The notes under the pieces are model-generated. The model had not been told where the DNA came from. It saw only the letters and a list, made by a program, of their open reading frames with translations, and did not search any database. The translations under genes were made by a program, and so were the position numbers. Positions 22,766-33,206 of a DNA stretch of 64,000 bases are shown here, piece by piece (position 1 is the first letter of the stretch; each line of letters opens with the position of its first letter). Origin of the DNA: Desulfatiglandales bacterium (GTDB lineage: Bacteria > Desulfobacterota > DSM-4660 > Desulfatiglandales > Desulfatiglandaceae); assembly GCA_963662465.1 (NCBI GenBank), contig OY759599.1, positions 7,040,001 through 7,104,000 of the forward strand, written 5' to 3'.

Positions 22766-24563
22766 CAGCAATTCCCGCTTAGATTCTAAAGGCGCTAGGA
22801 CAGTACCTTTTGGCATTTCCTTTTCGTAAAGCTTTACGTTGAATGAATAGCCTGAAAAGGCTTTTTTCTCCAATTTTTAAAATAAAACAGGAATTTTTTT
22901 GGCAATTCTCAGAAAAAGCTGGACTTTCAGATCAACTTGGCCGATGATTACTGCCTATGGGAATCAGAAGCCAAAAAGGAAGAAAAGAGAGAGGCAAGAT
23001 TGGAGTTCGCAAGCATCTTAATGCAGATGCAATTTTCAAGCGTCTGCATAAAGATTTTTCTGAAGTCTCTGACTGCCGTGAGGATCCCGATATTACTATT
23101 GCGGATGCCTTGATGTCCGGGTTTGCAATGTTTTCGCTCAAGGAGCCATCGTTGCTTGCCTTTGATGAAAGAAGAAAAACCGATAGTAATCTTGGGAACA
23201 TATACCATATTGGAAAGATCCCATGTGACAGTACGATGCGCACCATTCTTGATGAAGTGCTCGCAGAAGAACTTCGGAAACCGTATAGGAATATCTTCTG
23301 GGAACTGCAAAGGGGAAAGGTGCTTGAACGTATGGTATTTTTCGAAGGTTGTTATCTTCTATCTTTGGATGGAACGGGTTTCTTCTCATCGAAGAAACTT
23401 TCCTCTGATAGTTGTTTGGTAAAAGTATCGAAAAAAACCGGCGAAAAAACCTATTATCAGCAGATGTTGGGGGCAGCAATTGTCCATCCGGATTTCAAAG
23501 AGGTCATTCCGCTTGCTCCGGAATTCATAGTCAAGCAGGATGGCCAAAGCAAGAACGACTGTGAGCGTAATGCCGCGAAACGTTTCTTGCAAAAGCTAAA
23601 AGAGGAGCATCCCCATCTGCCTATCATTATAACAGAGGACGCGTTAAGTTCGAATGCACCCCACATTGAAGAAATACAAAAGCAAAATTTTCATTATATT
23701 CTGGGAGTTAAAAAAGGAGATCACCATTTCTTGTTTAATCACGTCGAACAAGCGCGGATAAATGGTGACGTCACTGAATTCGAATTGGTCGATAAAGAGG
23801 ATCCGGAAAAAATACATCGTTTCCGATTTATTAACCAGGTACCTCTCAATGCCTCTAACAAGAATATGCTGGTTAACTTTCTGGAATATTGGGAAATTAC
23901 ACCGAAAAAAACAAAACATTTTAGTTGGGTGACAGATTTTTTAATAGGAAAGGACAATGCATACCAGCTAATGCGAGGCGGCCGTGCGAGATGGAAGATC
24001 GAAAATGAAACCTTCAATACTCTTAAGAACCAAGGATATCATTTTGAACACAACTACGGGCTCGGCAAGAAGAATCTGAGTGTTGTTTTTGCGATGCTCA
24101 TGATGCTGGCATTCTTGGTGGATCAAACTCAACAGCTTTGTTGCCCTCTATTTATAGCCGCATGGCATAAACTCGGCTCAAAAAGGGAATTGTGGGAACG
24201 GATGAGAGCTTTGTTTAGAGATTTTGAATTCAAATCGATGAGGATGCTCTATGAAGCCCTCTATTATGGCGTAAAGTTTCAAGCGCCAGTTATTCTATAT
24301 AACAGTGGTTAAATTTGTCATGCCCAAGTTCGCATACAAAAATGCTCTCATTAATAAAAAACTGGAGATTCCGGAAATGGATATCTCTGCCCTAACTCGT
24401 GCTTTTATGCTCTTACTCTTGTCAAAGAAGCTCAACCTGCAAGAAATCGAGGGAGGTAATAGTGGATTTAATACAATTTTTCTGAAAAGGATCTGATCTC
24501 AGGGTTTGTTTTTGAAATATGTTTTTCAAACTCTGTGAGTAAATTCTTGACCGGGAATTGCTG
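22766..24563 (+). mobile_element. IS (1798 bp), probably ISNCY/IS4-like
   Basis: IR CAGCAATTCCCG; 9-bp TSD AAGTATACA at 22757-22765 and 24564-24572. Confidence 0.93.
22957..24312 (+). CDS. DDE transposase
   Basis: SLDGTG, TEDAL, RARWKIENETFNTLKNQGY. Confidence 0.9.
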   Translation: MGIRSQKGRKERGKIGVRKHLNADAIFKRLHKDFSEVSDCREDPDITIADALMSGFAMFSLKEPSLLAFDERRKTDSNLGNIYHIGKIPCDSTMRTILDEVLAEELRKPYRNIFWELQRGKVLERMVFFEGCYLLSLDGTGFFSSKKLSSDSCLVKVSKKTGEKTYYQQMLGAAIVHPDFKEVIPLAPEFIVKQDGQSKNDCERNAAKRFLQKLKEEHPHLPIIITEDALSSNAPHIEEIQKQNFHYILGVKKGDHHFLFNHVEQARINGDVTEFELVDKEDPEKIHRFRFINQVPLNASNKNMLVNFLEYWEITPKKTKHFSWVTDFLIGKDNAYQLMRGGRARWKIENETFNTLKNQGYHFEHNYGLGKKNLSVVFAMLMMLAFLVDQTQQLCCPLFIAAWHKLGSKRELWERMRALFRDFEFKSMRMLYEALYYGVKFQAPVILYNSG

Positions 24564-25015
24564 AAGTATACAACAGACTGGGCTTCGGCTTCCTGGAAAG
24601 CATTTACCACAAAGCCATGCTCATCGAACTCGCAAGGGCCGGACTAAAAGCAGAATCTGAAAAAGGCTTAACCGTTCATTATGATGAGATGGTTATTGGA
24701 GAGTTCTCAGCGGACATATTTGTGGAAAATGAAATCATCGTAGAACTCAAAGCGGTTGAGCGGCTGATGAAAGTGCATGAAGTGCAAGTGGTGAACTACC
24801 TAACAGCATCGAAAAATGAAATTGGCCTGCTAATCAACTTCGGCCCAACAGGCGTCAAAGCTACCCGCAAATACCGAAAACCCCTCAAACAGGCACAAAG
24901 AATCAACCAGAAAAAGAAACCCAAAAAAAATCCTGTTAATCCTGTCTAAAAAAAATACAAAAAATTGTATCCAGTCAGAAACTGGGCACCTAAATTCTCA
25001 CTGCAAAAAAAACCG

Positions 25016-25044
25016 TTGACATCTTCCCCGTCTTCGCCTAGTGT
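25016..25044 (+). promoter_or_regulatory. candidate sigma70 promoter (near-leaderless MarR transcript)
   Basis: TTGACA-17-TAGTGT, ATG 7 nt downstream. Confidence 0.5.
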
Positions 25045-25051
25045 TCGCCCC

Positions 25052-25438
25052 ATGAACCATCTTTACGAACAAGAAATACGCTACAAAGTCCTGAAACTCC
25101 TGGCATCCAAGGCCAATCTCTCCCAGCGGGAAATGGCCAAACAAATGGGCATCAGCCTGGGGAAAACCAACTATGTCCTCACAGAACTGGCCAACAAGGG
25201 CATCATCAAAATAAAACGATTCAAAAGCGCCCCCAGCAAAGTCCCTTACACCTACACGCTGACACCCCAAGGCCTTGAAGAGAAGGCCAAAATAACCCTC
25301 AAATTCCTGAAACGGAAACTCTCTGAATACGAAGAGATCAAGCGACAGATAAAAGAGATTGCAAAAGAAGCCGAAAAAGACAAAGTTCTCGATGCCACAG
25401 GCGCCGACACAAACGAAGTATTGGCTCAAATCATTTAA
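25052..25438 (+). CDS. EPS-associated MarR-family regulator
   Basis: SQREMAKQMGISLGKTNY...YTLTPQGLEEK; lies ahead of the sugar genes. Confidence 0.85.
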   Translation: MNHLYEQEIRYKVLKLLASKANLSQREMAKQMGISLGKTNYVLTELANKGIIKIKRFKSAPSKVPYTYTLTPQGLEEKAKITLKFLKRKLSEYEEIKRQIKEIAKEAEKDKVLDATGADTNEVLAQII

Positions 25439-25663
25439 CGAAAGAAAACAGCAATTATTCCAGTCATATAAATGATTTTCCGTTATGGAAATCAAAGAGC
25501 GGAGCCGTCTCCGAAGGCTGAGCCCCCCGAGAATTCGGGTGCCTGAATTTTAATGCAACACCCCTTTGCTCCAACAATAAATCCCCTTCGTTTTCTTCGT
25601 TACCTTCTGTAAAAAACAAATCCTTGAAATCCTGTTAATCCTGTCAAAAAAAAAGGCCTAAAA

Positions 25664-27304
25664 ATGAAAATTACCCAACCCAACATCGCCGTCATCGGCT
25701 CCGGCTACTGGGGCAAGAACCTTGTTCGCAACTACCACCAGCTCGGCGCCCTCAAGCTCATCTGCGACAAAAACGAAACCGTCCTTTCCAGTTTTTTGGA
25801 ACAATACCCCGGTATCGACACCTGCTTTGCCCTAAATGATGTCCTGTCCCGTGAAGACATTCAAGGCATCGTCATTGCTACCCCGGCGGAGACCCACTAC
25901 ACCCTGGCACGGGAAGCGCTACTCGCCGGCAAGCATGTTTATATCGAAAAGCCCCTGGTACTCAAAGAGGAAGATGGGCAGGATCTGATCCGACTGGCCA
26001 AAGAGAGCGATCTGGTTCTGATGGTCGGCCACCTGCTTCAGTACCATCCGGTCTTCCTCAAACTGAAGGACATGGCCGTCTCCGGTGAACTGGGCAGGAT
26101 CAACTACATCTATTCCCATCGGCTCAATTTAGGCAAAATCCGCCGGGAAGAAAATATCCTCTGGTCCTTTGCCCCCCACGATATCTCCATGATCCTCTCC
26201 CTGGCCGGCGAAGAACCGGATGCGGTCATGGCCACGGGCGGCAACTACCTTCACAAAAAAATCGCTGATGTCACCACCACGCACATGGAGTTCCCCTCCG
26301 GCCTCCGTGCCCACATCTTCGTCTCCTGGCTGCATCCCTTCAAGGTTCAGCAACTGGTGGTGGTCGGGGACAAAAAGATGGCGGTATTTGACGACACCCT
26401 GCCCTGGGAAGACAAACTGCTGCTCTACCCCCACGAAATCAACTGGCGGAACAACATCCCCGTCCCGTCCAAAGCGGAAGCCGAAAGGGTCGATATCCCC
26501 CAGGCGGAACCCCTCCGTATGGAATGCGAACATTTTCTCCAGTGCATTGCCGACGGACGGAACCCACAAACGGACGGGGCTGAAGGGCTGCGGGTTTTGC
26601 GGATCCTGAATGCCGCCCAGCGGTCGCTGGATGTTGAGGGGGAAAAGATTGATCTCGCGCAAAGACGCAAAGGCGCAAAGAAGTTAGAGGACGGAAGACG
26701 TGGGGTGGAACCGGCAACCGACAACCGGCAACCGACAACTGATTTCTTTGTTCACGAAACCGCGATCATCGACGACGGCTGCGAAATCGGCAAAGGATGC
26801 AAAATCTGGCATTTTTCCCATATCCTGTCCAACACAACCCTGGGCGAAAACTGCAATATCGGGCAAAACGTGGTGATCGGTCCCGATGTCGCCATCGGCA
26901 AAGGGTGTAAAATTCAGAACAATGTTTCCGTTTACAAAGGCGTTACCCTGGAAGACGGTGTTTTCTGCGGACCGTCCATGGTCTTTACCAACATCTACAA
27001 CCCAAGGGCCGAAATCCGGAAGATGGACTAGGTCCGCCCGACCCTGGTGAAACACGGCGCGACCCTGGGGGCCAACTGCACCATCGTATGTGGAACCACC
27101 ATCGGGGAATACGGCTTTGTGGGCGCCGGCGCCGTGATCACCCACAATGTTCCGGACCATGCCCTTATGCTAGGCAACCCCGCTCGCCGCGTCGGATGGA
27201 TGTGCCAATGCGGAGAACGCCTGACTGACGATCTGGATTGCCTGGCCTGCGGCAAAACCTATGAAAAAAACGAAGACGGCTTAAAAGAAATTAGACAGGA
27301 TTAA
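25664..27304 (+). pseudogene. Gfo/Idh/MocA oxidoreductase fused to hexapeptide N-acetyltransferase (WbpB/WbpD-like), in-frame TAG at 27029
   Basis: [32 protein letters not shown]; frame continues to [12 protein letters not shown] and GNPAR. Confidence 0.88.
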
Positions 27305-27456
27305 CAGGATCAACAAGATTAAAAACAAGAAAACAATCCTGCAAAATTCTGTTAATCCTGTCAGAAAACAGTCTTTTGTTGAAAAAACCTTTCAGATGTG
27401 TATAAGAACTTGCCTTCTTTGTAAAGCATCCGGTAATATTTGATAATCTTCTTGAG

Positions 27457-27990
27457 ATGATGGGGTCGAATGCTGAAATTGTCTATGTTGATAAAATCGT
27501 TCCCGATGCTTACCATGGAACTGAGCTTAAAACAGCTCTAAAAATACTCAGAGGAAAGAACTTTATTCCGAGCAGAGGGAAAGAAACATATTTAGGGGAT
27601 GGCGTATATTTTTACGAAAGCTCATTATGGCACGCCAGACAATGGTGTCAAAGGCGTTTTCCTGGTTTAAGACATGGTGTAATTTGTGCTGCAATCAATT
27701 TAAGGAGGTGTTTGGACCTCCATAATTACGAACACCGCAAGCTTCTTCAGCAAGTAAGATTAAACTTGGAAATGAAAGGTTACAAAAAATTAACCGACAC
27801 TTTTTTGATAAACTTCTGCGCTACCAACATAAAAGAATTTGACACCGTTAGATGGACATACACCGCAACTGGCGGCAAATATGGCAAAATATATCCAGGA
27901 TCAAGAATAGATGATTTTTCACAGCTCATAATTTGCGTAAGAAACCAGGAATCAATTCTCAGCATTGAACTGGCTGATGAGGGGGGCTGA
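27457..27990 (+). CDS. putative ADP-ribosyltransferase-fold toxin
   Basis: AYHGT, YLGDGVYFYE, QLIICVRN; first gene of a triad ending in a SecB-like gene. Confidence 0.65.
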   Translation: MMGSNAEIVYVDKIVPDAYHGTELKTALKILRGKNFIPSRGKETYLGDGVYFYESSLWHARQWCQRRFPGLRHGVICAAINLRRCLDLHNYEHRKLLQQVRLNLEMKGYKKLTDTFLINFCATNIKEFDTVRWTYTATGGKYGKIYPGSRIDDFSQLIICVRNQESILSIELADEGG

Positions 27991-27992
27991 AA

Positions 27993-28265
27993 ATGGAAAA
28001 TGAGTTAAGAGATTTCAGGCAAAAAATAGTTCAGTATTTTTCCGAAATAAGCGATGACCAACTCCGTAAAGATATGGAAAAGGCCGGATATGAGGTTTAT
28101 AAAAATGTAGACGTCCATATTTTGAGCGATGCTGTTTCTGAAGAAGAATTTACATTTTCGGTAAAGAGCAGAACAGCCAGGACTGCCTTCAACAAAGTAG
28201 ACCTTAGGTTTCATAACGTTTTTACGCCAGACAACTATCCATATAATTTCAAGATTGCTGCTTAA
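27993..28265 (+). CDS. putative antitoxin with aromatic C-terminal tail ending in AA
   Basis: 90 aa, lies between toxin and SecB-like gene; ends PDNYPYNFKIAA. Confidence 0.6.
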   Translation: MENELRDFRQKIVQYFSEISDDQLRKDMEKAGYEVYKNVDVHILSDAVSEEEFTFSVKSRTARTAFNKVDLRFHNVFTPDNYPYNFKIAA

Positions 28266-28280
28266 AGGCGCCTTCATAAA

Positions 28281-28745
28281 ATGATGACAAGTCAGGCACA
28301 ATTCAAACACCATCCCATCTGTTTGAGGGATGTGCGGGTTATAGAACTATACATCAGAGGAAATATCCATCCTGATGAAATCAACGAAGAGCAAGCAGCG
28401 AGGAACTCATCAATTAACGTTGGTCATTCTGAATACGACACGGCAAACCATCGTATAGTTGTGGGTCTCACTTTAGAACTCAAAGAGGGTGAGGAAAAGG
28501 AAAGTGAATTGCCCTATTTCCTCAAGGTTGAATTAGCAGCCTTGTTCGAAGTTGATGAGTCTAAGTTCGACAAAGAACACATTTATGATTGGGCTAGAAG
28601 GAACGCGCCATTTATTCTTTTTCCATACCTAAGAGAAGAAGCTTATGCTCTCACAATAAGGGCTGGTTATAAGCCGTTAATTCTTCCTCTTCTTGAAGTT
28701 CCTACATTTCAATCCGAAAGAATGGCTCCAACAGCTGAACTGTGA
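28281..28745 (+). CDS. SecB-like chaperone
   Basis: LKVELAALFEV...NAPFILFPYLRE...LTIRAGYKPLILPLL. Confidence 0.85.
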   Translation: MMTSQAQFKHHPICLRDVRVIELYIRGNIHPDEINEEQAARNSSINVGHSEYDTANHRIVVGLTLELKEGEEKESELPYFLKVELAALFEVDESKFDKEHIYDWARRNAPFILFPYLREEAYALTIRAGYKPLILPLLEVPTFQSERMAPTAEL

Positions 28746-28813
28746 GCAATTCTTTTCGCAAAAGAAATCCTGTAAAATCCTGTTAATCCTGTCAAAAAAA
28801 CCGGAGAACCGTT

Positions 28814-29986
28814 GATGCAACAGAAACAACCCAATGCAACCATCAACAACGCCTCCTCTCCTCTCGGCGTGTCCACCTCCCCCAGCGGAGAGGCGTTCCC
28901 TTTGATCTTTTTGGAAAATTCCGTACCTGAACCGGGGCATTTCCCCCGTGGAGGCTGAAGATCCGGATGTGGCGCCCTTGATTCAACGGTGTGTACAGGA
29001 CAAAAAGACCCTCACCGCCACCTTTACCTACGACGCCCTGTCCCTTGCGGACGTGGTGGTAGTGGATGTTCAGTGCGATTACCACAAGGAGAGCCTGGGG
29101 AATGTTCGTCAGGGACATGCCGACATAGAGGCGCTGGAAGAGAGTCTCAAGATTATCGGAGAGAAGATTGAACCGCACTGTCTGGTCTTGATCGAAACGA
29201 CCGTTCCTCCCGGCACCACGGAGTATGTGGCATACCCCATCATAAAAAAGGCCTTTGAAGCGCGCGGCCTTTTTCAGAGATCAGATGTCGAAGATCAGCG
29301 ATCAGAGCAGGCAAATCCCGAATCAGAGCCCCAATCTCAGTCCTCCTTGCCCCGTGAAATTCACGTCAGTGACGAGCGCAGCGAATTTCACCGGGGTGAC
29401 CTCCGACCTCTGACCTCTGTCCTCTGACGTCTGTCCTCTGTCCTCTGACGTTTGTCCTCCGTCCTATGGGTCGGATAGTGGCCGCCTCCAAAATTATTCA
29501 AGCGCTTGAATCGGAGAAGCCGGCGACAGATAGATGTAAGAGTTGGAAACTCAAAACCCAACACCATCTTTGCTCTCTTCGTTACCTTCTGTAAAAAGCC
29601 CTTAACAAATATCCTGTAAAATCCTGCCTGCCCCGTAGCTCCGGCAGATGGTACTGGGGTTAATCCTGTCTAAAAAAAGGTCCCGGTTTTTCAGGAACCA
29701 GGACAAACTGAAGGAAACCGCCGTTCAGGATGACCTGGATCAGACCCTGTCCGGAGCTGATGCCATTATCCTGGCCGTACGACACCAGGCCTATCTTGAT
29801 CTGGAGCCGGATAAGGTGGTGAAAATGATCGGTGGTCCGGCGGCCGTGGTGGACTGCTTCGGGGTGTCGGACGACGACGCCATCAAGCGGTATTTCGAGT
29901 TGGGCTGCGAAGTGAAAGGTCTCGGCCGAGGGCACATCAAACGCATTAAAGATGAGGTTCGAAACGCTTTTCAAAACCAGCAATAA
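28814..29986 (+). pseudogene. degraded second copy of nucleotide-sugar dehydrogenase
   Basis: Four collinear pieces (28814-28902, 28903-29270, 29466-29496, 29679-29986) match 44039-45724. Confidence 0.9.
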
Positions 29987-30141
29987 AGAAAATGGCTACA
30001 GGCAGTAGGAAATGGGGGCCTTTTCGAACCTATAACCCATGGCCTATCGCCTATCAGCCATTACCAAAATCCTGAAAATCCTGTAAATCCTGTCTAAAGA
30101 AGAAGAGCTATGTTCAACAAAATATTAAGGAAAGGGTTTAC

Positions 30142-33100
30142 ATGGATATTAAAAACGCAAAAATCCTGGTTATCGGTGGCGCAGGCTTTATCGGCAGTCA
30201 TGTTGTGGCGGAATTGCTCAAAACAGATGTTGCTGAAATCCTCATCTAAGACAATTTTACAAGAGGAAAACACGACAACATATCCCCGTACCTCGGCGAT
30301 CCACGCTGTACGGTCTACCCCAATGGCGGTGATATTCGGGATACCGATGTGCTGGCCGATGCCATGACGGGGTTGATGACGTTGTACACCTCGCCGCCAT
30401 GTGGCTGCTCCACTGCAAGGATTACCCCCGGACGGCCTTTCATGTAAACATTGAGGGCACATTTAATGTCTTGGAGGCCTGCGTTAAAAGCAATGTGAAA
30501 CGGCTGGTTTATTCTTCTTCCGCCTCTTTGTATGGCGATGCTGTTGAAGTCCCTATGACCGAGGAGCATCCGTTCAATAAATGTGCTTGCCCTTCAATCC
30601 GATATCAACGACGAATTTTACAATGTTGGTACTGGCGTACAAACCAGTATACAGACCTCGTTACGAGAGGTGGTTTTACCCCCCGATTTTTGGACACTTG
30701 CCTATTTGAGGGGCGAATTTCCGACTTCAAGCTGGAGTAATTTTCCAGCGGGGGGTGATTACCCTCAACTGACTTAGTTTCCGGCAAAACTGTTTTTGGG
30801 CGGCAAGACGACTGGGCTGTTGGAGGGGCTCAAGACGTACTGTCACTTTCTTATTGTCGCTCCTTATCCAGCCATGGCAATTGGTAATGGCATAGAATAG
30901 ATCAACATACTCATTCTTGTTTTCGTAAAGCGGCAGAAGCCACTCTACCATTTGCTTGCGAGCATTCCACACGCTTGCGGTCACAAGGTCAAATAAATAC
31001 TTGCTTTCATCACAAATACGCTGAAAACAAGTGTAATCCTCCAGCCATGAAACATCCACTCTTTCAGGGAGTTGTTTTACTTTCCCCTTCAAGATTTCAA
31101 CCTCAGACTCCTTTTCTTTGATCTGCGAAAGGACATTTTGGCGGACACTGTTTTTCCGAGTACTGCCATCTTTATTGAGGACTTCGTTGCTTTTTGACAG
31201 CTTTTTATACAGTCCTACAAGCTTTGCCTTAATTCCGGAAGCCTTCGTCTTGATCTCTTTGAGTTCAGGATTGGCGATTTCCTGATTCTGACTTTCAGTA
31301 AACGAATATCCCGGTTGGTAGTTAAGGGGATGTTTGTCTCCTATATGCTTAAAGGTGTTTTCAGAGGCTCCCCAACGGTTGAGGATCGCCATTGCGCATT
31401 GCTCTGTGCCCATTCTGTCCGATGGAACATTCGACAGAGCGCAGGTCCGGCGGTTACTGGAAACATTCCATAGATAAATGCGCCTAATCGTTAGAGTTTC
31501 AGTTTTCTTTTCATCTACGTCGCAGGTGAATACCTTTTCCCCTTCAAATATCCGATATGACTTGCCATTTAAACTGAATTCTTCTGTGAACAACTCTTCG
31601 TCCAACGCCTTGAGCTTATTGATGTCAACATTCTTTTCCCAAGTTACAAAACCGACTCCTGCCAGATTCATTTCATAAAAAAAATTGCCCCCTTGCCCTT
31701 CCCGGTCAAATACCATCACCGGTCCTGGAGTGACTTCTGCCTTCCATTTAATCCCTAACTTAATAAGATAATTACGGATATCGCCTTTTCCCTCCTGAAT
31801 CTCAAAATCAATGACCCTGCCGCTTGAATCGCAAGCAACGATGTTGTTGCGACCCGGAACCATCATCCTCCGCTGCGTATTGAAGGCTTTATGTACTTTG
31901 TTTTTCCCGGTATAAGGCAACAAATGACCGTCTACAAACCACAGCCATGTGCCGACGAGTCCGGAACGAATTTGCTGGAGGGTAAAATGAGACAGCATCT
32001 GGCGTGCTGTATCCAACTTGCAGGCAGCATAAAGCCATACGCGCGCCTTTGTTTTGCTTGGCAAATTCCGGATGCCAAGGATGAGACCTGCTTCGCGTCC
32101 GTGAAGATTTTTCAGTTGCTCGATGGAGCGGGTATTCTTTGCAATCATCAAGACAAAAGTAAACAATAACTTATATTTATTTCCCAAGAAGGAGGATGTC
32201 ATCCGCGCCCAGTTATTGAGGTGGATCAAAGTAATCAGGTAAGTAAAAACGCCCGCATAGCGCGTTGCTTCCCAGCCATGTTTCTCGCTGAAGGGTTGAT
32301 CTTCCGGGTCAAGAGTGCGGTCGCCGAAAGGGAGTTCAACTTGTGTATCCAGCCGCTCTCTCTCCCCTTTTCGTATCTGCTCCAGTTGCCTGGCCTTGTT
32401 CCCTTTAAGAGCTTCATCGGCATGGGCTTCACGGTTCTGGCGCAAGGTCGCACCTTTTGAAGGCGTATAGTTGCGGATAAGGCCTTCAAGACCGAAATGT
32501 TTCTTTATTTCCTGGTAGTTATGGATGGTCTGGCGGCTGATGTTAAGCGCTTCTGCAAGATGGGTTTTGGTAGCGCCAAGCTCGGCGGCTTCGACGACAA
32601 AAAATCTTTTGGCCACCTTGTCAGAAAGGTCAGCAGTCTTTACCAAGACGTCATTATGGTAAAGGCTGACGTGCGTTTCGATGTCGTCTTTAAATTTCAG
32701 ATAGAGCCGCTGGCCGATGAATTTAAGCGCTTTATCTTCGTTCGATACATCATCGAACAATAATCCCTGGGTCATGATTGCCTCGCTTCATTGTTTGCAG
32801 AAACGAGAGTATTCCATCCTTCCGGAAGTGTCAATTAATTTTTACAAATTAAAAAATTTCAAAAATTATATTAATATCTTGCAACTTCGACTGTCCAATT
32901 CTCAATTAGAGACACTCTAACTGCTTGAAAACACGATTGGACCACCGCAAAACCGCCCGGGGCTTAACGAGGTCTGGTATAAAAGAATTGTGTGACCTGA
33001 TCCTGAAACTGAAGGAATCAGACTTGAAGGTCACCTACAGACCCTACAGCGCTGAAGATGCCCGCCGGCTCGTCCAGAACCGGATCGGTAGTCCCGACAA

Positions 33101-33206
33101 AGCTGAACGGGATCTGGGATTTCGTTACAAGGATTCCCTTCGGGAGGGGCTTTTGAAGTTGATTGAGTGGAGAGAGGAAAATGGGAAACTGAAAGCTCAA
33201 AACTGA
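30142..33206 (+). pseudogene. NAD-dependent epimerase/dehydratase (nonsense, frameshift, internal deletion, IS)
   Basis: GGAGFIGSH, VYSSSAS, YNVGTGVQTSI|KELC; TAA at 30247; YxxxK region absent. Confidence 0.88.
30652..32976 (-). mobile_element. IS 'B' copy 2 (transposase 30727-32775)
   Basis: IR CAGACCTCGTTA; TSD GTATA at 30647-30651 and 32977-32981. Confidence 0.95.

Larger units (their letters stand above)
22711..24949 (+). pseudogene. GxxExxY protein interrupted by IS
   Basis: MEQEDLTHKIIGCAYKVY|NRLGFGFLESIY...ADIFVENEIIVELKAV...NYL...GLLINFG. Confidence 0.92.

Noticed and set aside
25495..25550. ops/JUMPstart or riboswitch in the operon leader
   Set aside because: GC-rich possible hairpin but no recognisable consensus
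7256..32976. Composite transposon or inversion between inverted IS 'B' (or IS 'A') copies
   Set aside because: Each copy keeps its own matching TSD pair, so they are independent insertions
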